NCBI GenBank assembly: GCA_035306945.1
Contig: DATGNB010000084.1
Coordinates: forward strand, 6,038 to 70,037
Direction: 5' to 3'
Length of the DNA stretch: 64,000 nt
From: Marinobacter sp.
GTDB taxonomy: Bacteria; Pseudomonadota; Gammaproteobacteria; Pseudomonadales; Oleiphilaceae
Shown: positions 21,148 to 30,543 of the stretch, piece after piece
Numbering within the stretch: position 1 is the first letter of the stretch
How the letters are laid out: every line of letters begins with the position of its first letter
Notes under the pieces: generated by a model
Told to the model about the DNA's origin: nothing
What the model saw: only the letters and a program-made list of their open reading frames with translations
Database searches by the model: none
Translations under genes and position numbers: made by a program

Positions 21148-21930
21148 TCAGGCCCCGGCCTGACCAAATACCGCGTACACAACCTCCATCAGCGCCGTCA
21201 CCACCGCCGGGTCGTCAGACAGGGGTTCGATCGCACCGGCCCGGCAGGCATCCAGCACCGGTACCCCGGCCTTGATCAGCGTGGCCGTATGAATCAGCAG
21301 CCGGGTGGAGGCAGCCTCTTCCAGATCGTGATCCTTGAGTTTGCGCAACGACACCGCCAGGCTCACCAGTTGTTGTGCCAGACGTGTGTTACAGCCCGAT
21401 TCGATCTGTACGATAACCTGCTCGGCCTCCGGTTCCGGATAGTCGAAGCTCATGGACACAAAACGCTGCCGGGTGCTGGGCTTCATGCCCTTCAGAAGGC
21501 TCTGATAGCCCGGGTTATATGAAACCACCAGCATGAACCCGGGCGCCGCCCTGAGCAGCTCGCCGGTACGCTCCACCGGCAACTCGCGGCGATCATCGGC
21601 CAGAGGATGCAGGACCACCGTGGTGTCTTTACGGGCTTCTACAACCTCGTCCAGATAACAGATGCCGCCTTCCCTCACCGCCCGGGTCAACGGCCCATCC
21701 TGCCAGTAGGTACCCTCCGGGCCAATCAGATGCCGGCCCACCAGGTCGGCGGCGGTGAGGTCGTCGTGGCAGGCCACGGTATACACGGGGCGGCCCAGCT
21801 GCTCCGCCATATAACGCACAAACCGGGTTTTACCGCAACCGGTCGGGCCCTTGATCATAACCGGCAGACCATGCCCGGCCGCTGCGGTAAAGAGTTCAAT
21901 TTCATTACTGACAGGTTGATAGAAGGTCAT
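21148..21930 (-). CDS. norQ: MoxR-type AAA+ ATPase NorQ/NirQ
   Basis: KGPTGCGKTRF, CHDDLTAADLVG, YLDEVVEAR, SYNPGYQ, KPSTRQRF. Confidence 0.93.
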   Translation of the reverse strand: MTFYQPVSNEIELFTAAAGHGLPVMIKGPTGCGKTRFVRYMAEQLGRPVYTVACHDDLTAADLVGRHLIGPEGTYWQDGPLTRAVREGGICYLDEVVEARKDTTVVLHPLADDRRELPVERTGELLRAAPGFMLVVSYNPGYQSLLKGMKPSTRQRFVSMSFDYPEPEAEQVIVQIESGCNTRLAQQLVSLAVSLRKLKDHDLEEAASTRLLIHTATLIKAGVPVLDACRAGAIEPLSDDPAVVTALMEVVYAVFGQAGA

Positions 21931-21969
21931 GGGAATATGTCCTGGTGGGTCGTTTGGAAACGTTACCCC

Positions 21970-22011
21970 ATGCTGCCCCGGCCGGAGCGTGATGACATTG
22001 ACATCAATTAA
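21970..22011 (-). promoter_or_regulatory. Degenerate FNR/DNR-type promoter of norQ
   Basis: TTGAC-ATCA-ATTAA (21998-22011) with minus-strand -10-like CAGCAT (21975-21970). Confidence 0.45.
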
Positions 22012-22121
22012 ATCGGGCCCCGTTATCGACTCGATCAAATATCCTTAATGATATAAGTCATTTTGAATATTACTTTGGTGCTAGAATAATTGATCAACGT
22101 TAACGCAGTCGAGGTCAAAGC

Positions 22122-22835
22122 ATGACTAGCAAGTTCAGTTCGCCGGTAGCCTCTGCGCCCTGTCTTCTGGCCAGCCCGGATAGTGATATTATTTCCTACC
22201 CGACGGCTCCGGCCGAAGCCCTGCTCCTGAACGGCCTCCGGCGGGCCTTTGGCATCTGTCTGAACGAACGGCCCGACACTCCGGAAGTCCAGCTGCTGGG
22301 TGAGCTGGCCAAACTGTTTCAGCTTCAGCGTGTAGACGCAGAAACCCCGCTGGAAAAGCATGATCGCCCATGGGGCAGTGTGTATCTGATCCAGTACGGT
22401 GTCCTGAGGCTGTTCCGTGAATCCCCGTCAGGCAAGGTGGCCATCCATCACTTCTTTACCGAGGGTGATCTGGTGTGGCCGGTGTTCGGACGCACCCGCA
22501 CCGTGCGCAACACCCTCTGCCTGACCAGCGTGTTACCCGCTACTCTGTGGGTAGCGGACTTCAGTGCTTTCCGGTCTACCATTCAGAAGTACGGGGATGG
22601 CCTGTGGCACAAGTTCGCACTGGTGCTGACCGAAGAAATTGCCGAACTCACCAGCATGAGGGAGTACCGCAAGCACACCATGCTGGCAACCGAGCGCTAC
22701 GATTTGCTGGTAGAAGAGTACCCGGAGCTTGTAAAGCGGGTGCCGGATAACCAGCTGGCGTCCTGGCTGGGGGTGGTGCCCGCGACCTTCTCCCGACTGA
22801 AAACCTCTGCCGCAAAAACAGCGAAAAAAGCCTGA
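22122..22835 (+). CDS. Crp/Fnr-family transcriptional regulator
   Basis: cNMP-binding-like VYLIQYGVLRLF...FFTEGD; C-terminal HTH QLASWLGVVPATFSRL. Confidence 0.8.
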   Translation: MTSKFSSPVASAPCLLASPDSDIISYPTAPAEALLLNGLRRAFGICLNERPDTPEVQLLGELAKLFQLQRVDAETPLEKHDRPWGSVYLIQYGVLRLFRESPSGKVAIHHFFTEGDLVWPVFGRTRTVRNTLCLTSVLPATLWVADFSAFRSTIQKYGDGLWHKFALVLTEEIAELTSMREYRKHTMLATERYDLLVEEYPELVKRVPDNQLASWLGVVPATFSRLKTSAAKTAKKA

Positions 22836-22857
22836 GCGAGCGGTGGAGCCCGCTATC

Positions 22858-22875
22858 AGCGTACGCATGTACGCT
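22858..22875. promoter_or_regulatory. FabR/DesT-type operator upstream of trhA/yqfA
   Basis: Palindrome AGCGTACGCATGTACGCT; yqfA is a known FabR target in gammaproteobacteria. Confidence 0.75.
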
Positions 22876-22929
22876 GAAATACTTTATACTTTGCTCAGGT
22901 TAATCCTTTCCCAGAGATGAGTCCGCGCC

Positions 22930-23595
22930 ATGGCACCCGATCACAAACTGGCTGATACCATTCATTACCGGATTGAAGAGTGGCTCAACAGCGCCACTCA
23001 TGGCCTGGGATTCGTGCTCAGCATCGTGGGCACCATCGCCCTGATCGCGGGCGCGAGCAAGATGGGCGATATCTGGAAAATCGTCAGTTTCAGCGTCTTT
23101 GGCGGCTCACTGATCCTGTTGTACCTGGCCTCGACCCTCTACCACGGCACCCGGCATCCCGGCCTCAAGACGGCCTTCAAGACTCTGGATCACTGCGCCA
23201 TCTTTCTGCTGATCGCCGGTACCTACACACCCTTTCTGCTGGTGAATATGCGTGGCGTCACCGGCTGGACACTGTTCACCGTGATCTGGTCGCTGGCGCT
23301 GACCGGCGTGATTCTGAAAGTGATTTTCAAGAACCGGTTCAAGCTGGCGCGGGTAGCCATCTATATCGCCATGGGCTGGCTGATTACCTTTGCCTCAGCG
23401 GATCTGGTCGAGAACCTGAGTACAACCGCGTTGCAGCTGACCATCGCCGGCGGCGTGGTCTATACCGCCGGGGTTGCCTTCTATCTGGCCGACCGCACCC
23501 CCTACATGCATGCTATATGGCATCTGTTTGTGATCGGCGGCAGCGCCTGCCACTTCAGCGCCATCTATGTCGGCGTGCTGCCACACGTCGCCTGA
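22930..23595 (+). CDS. trhA: Hemolysin III/PAQR family membrane homeostasis protein
   Basis: EEWLNSATHG, STLYH, DHCAIFLLIAGTYTP, HAIWHLFV. Confidence 0.9.
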   Translation: MAPDHKLADTIHYRIEEWLNSATHGLGFVLSIVGTIALIAGASKMGDIWKIVSFSVFGGSLILLYLASTLYHGTRHPGLKTAFKTLDHCAIFLLIAGTYTPFLLVNMRGVTGWTLFTVIWSLALTGVILKVIFKNRFKLARVAIYIAMGWLITFASADLVENLSTTALQLTIAGGVVYTAGVAFYLADRTPYMHAIWHLFVIGGSACHFSAIYVGVLPHVA

Positions 23596-23607
23596 CGGGC
23601 CAGCCGG

Positions 23608-24171
23608 TCAGAAGGCCCAGACCATGGCCATGAGAATTCCCCACGCCAGCAACGAAGCGGCCATCACGGTGTAAGTTGCCGACATAGCCACCACATCGTT
23701 ATCGGTGCGCTGACACAGCGACCGGACCCCCTGATAGATCAGGGCGCACGACAGAAACATCCCTAACGCCACCGCCGCCACGCTGACCGCCAGTACCGGT
23801 ACCAGCAACGCCAGCGACGACAGCCACAGCGGGAGAGGGGCAATGGCCGCCAGCAGATAGGCGTCCGGGTATTCAACCCGCAACTGATGGCCATCAAGCA
23901 CCGCCTTGATCAGCCAGCCCATGACAAAAAACGTCAGCAGTTCGGCCAGGAACAGGATGGTGGTAATAAAGCGCCATTCCTTGTCCGCAAACCCGCTGAT
24001 AAAGCTGTCGCCATAATGGGTACCGGCGTAGTACAAAAGCACCGGCGGCAGGAAAGACATGGGTACCACGATTACCCACGCCAGAAACGGCACAGACAGG
24101 TTCATATCTTTGAGTTCACGCCAGACGCCATTCGCGGAAAATGGCAGGCTGAGAAGCTGTGTCATTGTCAT
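23608..24171 (-). CDS. Yip1/DUF1282-like membrane protein
   Basis: About five TM; AIAPLPLWL motif; GAGGA RBS. Confidence 0.65.
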   Translation of the reverse strand: MTMTQLLSLPFSANGVWRELKDMNLSVPFLAWVIVVPMSFLPPVLLYYAGTHYGDSFISGFADKEWRFITTILFLAELLTFFVMGWLIKAVLDGHQLRVEYPDAYLLAAIAPLPLWLSSLALLVPVLAVSVAAVALGMFLSCALIYQGVRSLCQRTDNDVVAMSATYTVMAASLLAWGILMAMVWAF

Positions 24172-24280
24172 GGTGTTCCTCGGAATCAGCTTTCGTTACC
24201 ATCACTCTTAGTCAAACTCGGGCGGCCTGCAAGGTCACCAGATGACTTTGCGCAAGTGAATCGGTACCGGAGGCCGGAGT

Positions 24281-25420
24281 ATGACCGTAAAAAGTGCCAG
24301 ACCCTTCCACAGTTTCTGGCTGTTCTTTCCGGCAGCTTCGGTCTGGGCCGCCGTCACGGTGCCGCTCTCCATTGCCGCCGTCCTGTCCGGGAGCGGCTGG
24401 CCCGCCGGCCTGCTGGGGCCCGGCCATGGGCACGAGCTGATCTTCGGTTTCGCCCTGGCGCTGGTGGCGGGCTATACCCTGGGCCCACAACCCTGGCGGG
24501 TACTCGGCCCCCTGTTCGGGATGTGGCTGGCCGCACGGCTTTGCTGGCTGCTGGCTCCCGAAGCCCTGTTATCCCAGTTGCTGAGCCCGGCCTTTGCCCT
24601 GCTGCTGGCCTGGCATGTGGTGCCCCGGTTCCGGGCGGCAAAAAAATGGCGTAACAAGGTCGCCGGCCCGCTGATTCTGGTGCTTTGCCTTATGGCGCTG
24701 GTGTACTTCCTCATTCCTGCCGGCCTGCCCTTACCTGCCCCGCGAACGCTGCTGCAATCCGCCATTGTCGGGCTGCTGGTGTTAATGACGTTCATGGGTG
24801 GCCGACTTCTGGCCCCTGCCGTTGCCGGTACTCTGGATAAGCAGGGCATCGCTCTGGAGGCCAGGGTTCAGCCCCGACTGGAAGGCGCCTTGCTGATCAT
24901 TCTCTGCCTGGCTCTGATGCTGAGCCTGGCGCGGGCGGCAGACCCGTTAACGGGCAGCTTGCTGGCCGTTGCCGGCATTCTGATTCTGGTCCGCACCGGT
25001 CGCTGGAAGCTCTGGCACTGCACCGGTCGCCCAGACCTTCTGGTACTGGCCCTGGGCTACCTCTGGCTGGCTGCCGGTGCGCTGGTTTCCGGCGTGCATC
25101 TGCTGGCAGGCTTACCGCTTGTCCCGGCCCTGCACCTGGTAGCGGTAGGCGCCCTCGGAACCCTTTCCGGGAGTGTGATGCTGAGGCTGGCGTGGCAGCG
25201 GGCACACCGGCGTCAGCCCCCGGCCTGGCAGGTGCTGTCATTGGCGGTACTGGTGGCCATCGCCAGTATCTGCCGCTACCTGGCGGGCCCGGCCCCGTTT
25301 TCCGAGCCGGCCCTGCTCTGGCTCTCCGCCGGCTCATGGGCCCTGGCTTTCACGGCGCTGTCGATCCAGCTCCTGCGCCTTTTTTTCCAGACAACTCAAC
25401 CCCGAAGCCCGGCTCCTTAA
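24281..25420 (+). CDS. nnrS: NnrS-family heme-copper membrane protein (divergent paralog)
   Basis: HGHELIFGF...AGYTL, KKWRN, MGGRLL, ALHLVAVG. Confidence 0.8.
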   Translation: MTVKSARPFHSFWLFFPAASVWAAVTVPLSIAAVLSGSGWPAGLLGPGHGHELIFGFALALVAGYTLGPQPWRVLGPLFGMWLAARLCWLLAPEALLSQLLSPAFALLLAWHVVPRFRAAKKWRNKVAGPLILVLCLMALVYFLIPAGLPLPAPRTLLQSAIVGLLVLMTFMGGRLLAPAVAGTLDKQGIALEARVQPRLEGALLIILCLALMLSLARAADPLTGSLLAVAGILILVRTGRWKLWHCTGRPDLLVLALGYLWLAAGALVSGVHLLAGLPLVPALHLVAVGALGTLSGSVMLRLAWQRAHRRQPPAWQVLSLAVLVAIASICRYLAGPAPFSEPALLWLSAGSWALAFTALSIQLLRLFFQTTQPRSPAP

Positions 25421-25466
25421 GCGGGAAATCATTGGCTACCTCCACTGCGCCACGGCAGGGTGAAAC

Positions 25467-25622
25467 TACTCCCTCTGGTGTACCACCATCCTAAGCCATT
25501 GATTATAAATCAATAAAACAAAAGCCAACCTGCCCTTCCATACCCGGCTCCGGCGAGATCAGCCCGCCCCGAACCCTCCTTGATATTACTCAAGATTCCA
25601 GACAGCACCTCATCAGCAGAAT
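25467..25622 (+). promoter_or_regulatory. narK promoter: NarL 7-2-7 site, IHF site and FNR box
   Basis: TACTCCC-TC-TGGTGTA (25467-25482); IHF consensus AATCAA-TGGC-TTA on minus strand (25492-25504); TTGAT-ATTA-CTCAA (25580-25593); -10-like CAGAAT (25617-25622). Confidence 0.65.
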
Positions 25623-25688
25623 GGCCCCAGAGCAACGAGTGCTGCCCAAAGGGACAGCACCAGGCGGCGACACATGAGGAGCTTTGAA

Positions 25689-27281
25689 ATGGCAAAAACC
25701 AATGCCGACATCGAACACTGGGATGTCGAGAACGAAGAGTTCTGGGAACGTGAGGGCAAGAGGGTTGCGTCCCGAAACCTCTGGATTTCCATTCCCAGCC
25801 TGCTGATGGGCTTTGCTATCTGGATGATGTGGGGAATGATCACGACCCAGATGAAGAACCTGGGTTTCCCGTTCACCATCGACCAGTTGTTCACCCTGAC
25901 GGCCATCGCCGGTCTGGCCGGCGCCACCCTGCGGATTCCCGCCTCGTTCATGATCAAGATCGCCGGCGGCCGCAACACGATCTTCCTGACCACCGCCCTG
26001 CTGATGATCCCGGCCTGTGGGACCGGCGTGGCGCTGATGAATCCGGACACCCCGTTTATTGTGTTCCAGGCACTGGCGCTGTTATCAGGGATCGGCGGAG
26101 GTAACTTTGCCTGCTCCATGAGCAACATCAGCTCCTTCTACCCCAAGAGCAAGCAGGGGTATGGCCTGGGCATGAACGCCGGGCTGGGTAACTTTGGTGT
26201 CACAACCATGCAGATCCTGATCCCGCTGGTGATGACGGTGGGTATGTTCGGCGTGCTGGCGGGCGACGCCCTGCAACTGCAAAGCCCCAGCGGTACGCTG
26301 ATCGGACGGATTGAGGCCGGCACCGACACCTGGATCCAGAACGCAGGCTTTGTGTGGATGCTGCTTTTGATTCCGCTGGCGTTCGCAGGCTGGTTTGGCA
26401 TGAACAACCTGAAGGTGGTAACTCCTGACCCCGGCAGCCCGTTATCTGCCTTCAGCAAGATCCTGGGCCTCTACGGCGTGGGTATTGTTGCGACCATCGC
26501 CGGCGTATGGGCGCTCTCGGCCATGAGCATGTGGCTGGCGCTGCCGCTTACCATCGTGCTGACCGTCGTTCTGTTGCGGCTGATCCCGGGCAACATCAAA
26601 CCCAGCATCAAAAACCAGTTCTCGATTTTCAGTAACAAACACACCTGGTCGATGACCGTGCTTTACATCCTGACCTTCGGCTCGTTCATTGGCTTCTCGG
26701 CAGCCCTGCCACTGTCCATCAGCATCATTTTCGGCAACATGATGGAGGTCGGCGCAGACGGCAGCGTGATCCGGGTCGTCAACCCTGAGGCTCCCAGCGC
26801 CCTCACCTGGGCCTGGATGGGGCCGTTTGTCGGCGCTCTGATTCGTCCTGTGGGTGGCTGGATCTCGGACAAGATGGGTGGCTCCATTGTTACCCAGATC
26901 ATTTCCGTGATCATGGTGTTCGCTTCCATCGCAACCGGCTACGTAATGATGCTGGCGTACAACTCGACAGACCCCAACAGCTACTTTGCCCTGTTCCTGA
27001 TCCTGTTCATTGTGCTGTTTGCCGCCAGCGGTATCGGTAACGGTTCAACCTTCCGCAGTATCGGGTACATCTTCAACCAACAGCAGAAAGGGCCGGTGCT
27101 GGGCTGGACCTCGGCCATCGCCGGCTACGGTGCGTTTATCGCCCCCCAGCTCATGGGCCAGCAAATCCAGGCCGGCACCCCGGAAATTGCCATGTATGGT
27201 TTTGCGGTCTTCTATACCGTATGCCTGGTGGTTAACTGGTGGTTTTATCTGCGCAAAAACGCTTACGTCAAGAATCCCTAG
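25689..27281 (+). CDS. narK2: Nitrate/nitrite antiporter (NarK2-type MFS)
   Basis: WDVENEEFW...RNLWISIP, GIGGGNFACSMSNIS, GIGNGSTF. Confidence 0.88.
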   Translation: MAKTNADIEHWDVENEEFWEREGKRVASRNLWISIPSLLMGFAIWMMWGMITTQMKNLGFPFTIDQLFTLTAIAGLAGATLRIPASFMIKIAGGRNTIFLTTALLMIPACGTGVALMNPDTPFIVFQALALLSGIGGGNFACSMSNISSFYPKSKQGYGLGMNAGLGNFGVTTMQILIPLVMTVGMFGVLAGDALQLQSPSGTLIGRIEAGTDTWIQNAGFVWMLLLIPLAFAGWFGMNNLKVVTPDPGSPLSAFSKILGLYGVGIVATIAGVWALSAMSMWLALPLTIVLTVVLLRLIPGNIKPSIKNQFSIFSNKHTWSMTVLYILTFGSFIGFSAALPLSISIIFGNMMEVGADGSVIRVVNPEAPSALTWAWMGPFVGALIRPVGGWISDKMGGSIVTQIISVIMVFASIATGYVMMLAYNSTDPNSYFALFLILFIVLFAASGIGNGSTFRSIGYIFNQQQKGPVLGWTSAIAGYGAFIAPQLMGQQIQAGTPEIAMYGFAVFYTVCLVVNWWFYLRKNAYVKNP

Positions 27282-27295
27282 TCGGCACAGGAGTC

Positions 27296-28645
27296 ATGCA
27301 GGTGAACAGTTCCGTAAAAACAGAGCAGTACCGGGCCCTGGGCCTGTCAACATTCGCTTTCACGCTGTGCTTTGCGGTATGGACCATTTTCTCCATCATT
27401 GGCATACGCATCAGTCAGGAACTGGGGTTATCAGACACCCAGCTGGGCTTGCTGATGGCCACCCCGATCCTGACCGGCTCCATCAGCCGGGTGTTCCTCG
27501 GGATCTGGACCGACCGTTACGGCGGACGCCTGGTGTTTGGCCTTCTGATGCTGACCTCAGCGGTTTGCGTGTATTTACTGACCTACGCCACCACCTACCC
27601 CATGATGCTGCTCGGTGCTCTTGGCGTGGGCCTGGCGGGCGGCTCGTTCATTGTCGGGGTTGCCTATACCGCAGCCTGGTTTGAGCCGGCCAGACAGGGC
27701 ACTGCGCTCGGTATTTTCGGGGCCGGCAACGTGGGCTCAGCGTTGACCAACTTTGGTGCTCCGTTCCTTATGGTGGCGCTGGGGTGGGAAAAAACAGCCC
27801 AGATCTATGCCGGTGTGCTTGCCTTGATGGGCATCGCGTTCCTGCTGTTTGCCAAAACCGATCCGCTGGCAGAGCAGCGCCGAAGCGCTACCCAGATCTC
27901 GTTCAGGGAGCAGATGGCCCCCCTCCGGGAGCTTCGGGTCTGGCGCTTCTCCCTGTATTACTTCTTTGTGTTCGGTGCCTTTGTGGCCCTGGCGCTCTGG
28001 CTGCCGCACTACCTGATCGGGGTGTACGGGCTGGACATCACCACGGCCGGCATGATCGCCGCGCTCTATACCATCCCGGCATCCCTGTTCCGAATCCTGG
28101 GGGGCTGGATGTCTGACCGCTACGGCGCACGCAAGGTGATGTACTGGACCCTGATTGCGTCGGTGATCTGCACCTTCCTGCTCAGCTACCCGCCCACCCG
28201 GTATGTTGTGCACGGGATCGACGGCGACATCACTTTCACCCTGAGCATGAGTCTGGCCATGTTCGTGGTACTGACCTTTATCCTGGGCTTCTTCATGTCA
28301 CTGGGCAAGGCAGCGGTATACAAGCACATTCCGGTCTACTACCCGATGCATGTGGGCGCGGTCGGCGGGGTGGTCGGGATGATCGGCGGCGTGGGCGGAT
28401 TTATCCTGCCACTGACCTTCGGGGTACTGAACGACGTCACCGGCATCTGGCAGAGCTGCTTCATGCTGATGTTTGTGATTGTCGCCGCAGCACTGGGCTG
28501 GATGCATTACGCCATCCGTAAAGCCGAGCGGGTTGAGTGGGCGGCCCAGACCGAGCAGACCGACCTGCCGGAACTGGCCACACCCGAGCTGTTCTATCCC
28601 TTCGAGTCAGACTCAGTGGGTAAGTCTACCCGCCGGGACGCCTGA
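27296..28645 (+). CDS. narK1: Nitrate/proton symporter (NarK1-type MFS)
   Basis: STFAFTLCFAVWTIFSIIG, GTALGIFGAGNVG, SLGKAAVYKHIP; AGGAG RBS. Confidence 0.88.
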   Translation: MQVNSSVKTEQYRALGLSTFAFTLCFAVWTIFSIIGIRISQELGLSDTQLGLLMATPILTGSISRVFLGIWTDRYGGRLVFGLLMLTSAVCVYLLTYATTYPMMLLGALGVGLAGGSFIVGVAYTAAWFEPARQGTALGIFGAGNVGSALTNFGAPFLMVALGWEKTAQIYAGVLALMGIAFLLFAKTDPLAEQRRSATQISFREQMAPLRELRVWRFSLYYFFVFGAFVALALWLPHYLIGVYGLDITTAGMIAALYTIPASLFRILGGWMSDRYGARKVMYWTLIASVICTFLLSYPPTRYVVHGIDGDITFTLSMSLAMFVVLTFILGFFMSLGKAAVYKHIPVYYPMHVGAVGGVVGMIGGVGGFILPLTFGVLNDVTGIWQSCFMLMFVIVAAALGWMHYAIRKAERVEWAAQTEQTDLPELATPELFYPFESDSVGKSTRRDA

Positions 28646-28685
28646 CCCGCCGCACGTCGCGAACTTCATCACAATTCGTGCATTC

Positions 28686-28709
28686 GCCCCGCTCTGCGGG
28701 GCTTTTTTT
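28686..28709 (+). terminator. Rho-independent terminator after narK1
   Basis: GCCCCGC-TCT-GCGGGGC followed by T7. Confidence 0.85.
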
Positions 28710-28723
28710 CTGAGCTGTCCGGC

Positions 28724-29095
28724 TCAGAAGGGTTTTGCCATAGCCAGATGGAAAATGGCACACACCAGCACCAGCGCAGCCACGGCGGCGATAATCCGGG
28801 CCGGTTTGCCCAGGGTGGTTTTCAGCGCAAACACACCCGCCAGGATATACCCTATCAATAACACAATCTTGGCCATCAACCAGCCTGGCATGGCTGAGAC
28901 ATAACCACCCACGAACAACAGCGAGATCGCCGCCAGCAACAGAACCGTGTCGTTGATGTGTGGAATAAACCGGAGGGGAGTCTCCCGCCAGCCCGGCCGC
29001 CCGACCGCATCCAACAGCAGCCGAAGCGCAAATAACGTAATCGTGAGGTAGGCTGTGGTCATGTGCAGGTGCTTCAGAAGCATGTAAGACGTCAT
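28724..29095 (-). CDS. SirB2/YchQ family membrane protein
   Basis: LKHLH, PHINDTVLL, WLMAKI...YI motifs. Confidence 0.85.
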   Translation of the reverse strand: MTSYMLLKHLHMTTAYLTITLFALRLLLDAVGRPGWRETPLRFIPHINDTVLLLAAISLLFVGGYVSAMPGWLMAKIVLLIGYILAGVFALKTTLGKPARIIAAVAALVLVCAIFHLAMAKPF

Positions 29096-29141
29096 CGAAA
29101 TTCCTCAGGTAAAAAGCGGTGTTGCACCATTGTACGCAAAG

Positions 29142-29157
29142 TACCCCCATGCAGGTA
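29142..29157. promoter_or_regulatory. NarL-like 7-2-7 site between sirB2 and nnrS
   Basis: TACCCCC-AT-GCAGGTA. Confidence 0.4.
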
Positions 29158-29218
29158 TGGTGAATCCGGGCCCGAGGCTATAACATACACGCAGAATACA
29201 TGTATATGGGAGATCATC

Positions 29219-30403
29219 ATGCAGGCGAGTCCAACTTCTGCAGAACAGGCACCGGCCAGTGTCAGGCAGCTGTTCGCTTATCCGTTCCGGATATTCTTTC
29301 TGGCGATGACCATTCTGACCCTCCTCGCCATTCCCCTGTGGGTACTGGAGGTCACCGGCGCCATGCGGCTGCCCCTGGCGATGCCGGGCCTGTTCTGGCA
29401 CCAGCATGAAATGCTGTTTGGCTTTCTGAGCGCCGCTATTGCCGGTTTTCTGCTGACGGCAGTGTGCGTATGGACCCAGACTCCCCGCACCCACGGCTTC
29501 GCCCTCATGATGCTCTTTGCCGTCTGGCTTGGGGGGCGCCTGTTACTGGCCCTGGGGGCCGGCCTGCCGGACTGGCTGGTGCAGGGGGTTAATCTGGCGT
29601 TTCTGCCCCTGGTCATGATCGACGCCGGATGGCGGGTCTGGAAAGCCCGCCAGAAACGACAGCTGATGATTCTGGTGGTGCTGGGGCTGCTCTGGCTGAT
29701 GCAGATCGGTTTTGTTACCCGGCTGGACCCGACCTTCAGCCACGGAGCCCTGATCATGGCCCTGGCTCTGATCAGCATCATCGGCGGCCGGATCACCCCC
29801 GCCTTTACCGCCGGCTGGCTGCGTCAGCGTGGAGGCCGGGCCGATGCGGTCCGGATGGTACCGGCGCTGGACATGGCAACCGTCTTCACGATGATCCTGC
29901 TGCTGGCTACACTGGTCACCGGCTGGCATACCCTTGCCGCCGGCATCGCCGTGATTGCCGCCGCCCTGATGCTGGTACGGCTGTATCACTGGAAAGGCTG
30001 GCTCGCGCGCAGCGAACCCCTGCTGTGGGTGCTGCACCTGTCGATTCTGTGGGTACCCCTGGCTCTGATCCTGCTGGCGGGCTCGCTGGTGGCGGGCTGG
30101 CCAACCACAGCCTGGACCCATGCCGCCGGCGCGGGCGCCGTGGGTTGTCTGATTCTCGGCGTGATCGCCCGGGTCAGCCTGGGCCATACCGGCCGGCCAC
30201 TGGTACTGCCCCGGGGCATGGTGCTGGCGTTTGTGGCGATCCAGCTGGCCGCCGTGGTACGGGTACTGACCGCCCTGGGCATCATTCCCTGGCACCCCGG
30301 GATCGGCACCAGCACACTGCTGTGGGTGCTGGCCTACGGTCTGTTCCTGATCCGTTACAGCGGCGTTCTGGCCCGCCCGCGCCCGGATGGCCGCGAAGGC
30401 TGA
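29219..30403 (+). CDS. nnrS: NnrS-family heme-copper membrane protein
   Basis: PFRIFF, WHQHEMLFGF, AGFLLTAV, GGRITPAFT, EPLLWVLH, RVSLGHTGRPL. Confidence 0.93.
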   Translation: MQASPTSAEQAPASVRQLFAYPFRIFFLAMTILTLLAIPLWVLEVTGAMRLPLAMPGLFWHQHEMLFGFLSAAIAGFLLTAVCVWTQTPRTHGFALMMLFAVWLGGRLLLALGAGLPDWLVQGVNLAFLPLVMIDAGWRVWKARQKRQLMILVVLGLLWLMQIGFVTRLDPTFSHGALIMALALISIIGGRITPAFTAGWLRQRGGRADAVRMVPALDMATVFTMILLLATLVTGWHTLAAGIAVIAAALMLVRLYHWKGWLARSEPLLWVLHLSILWVPLALILLAGSLVAGWPTTAWTHAAGAGAVGCLILGVIARVSLGHTGRPLVLPRGMVLAFVAIQLAAVVRVLTALGIIPWHPGIGTSTLLWVLAYGLFLIRYSGVLARPRPDGREG

Positions 30404-30543
30404 GCCGTTCAGTGCCTGATCGTAAAAGCCGGCACCGGCAGACGGGAACTTAATCGCGTTAATCATCCACTAAAGGTCAATAGCTGTTTTCGCCAGACGC
30501 GCTAAAGTAGGAGAAATTATTTTGCAACAGAGACACAGGCAAT

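Noticed and set aside
24242-24255. ATGAC-N4-CGCAA as a DNR/NnrR box for nnrS(a)
   Set aside because: Degenerate and too close to the nnrS start for class II spacing
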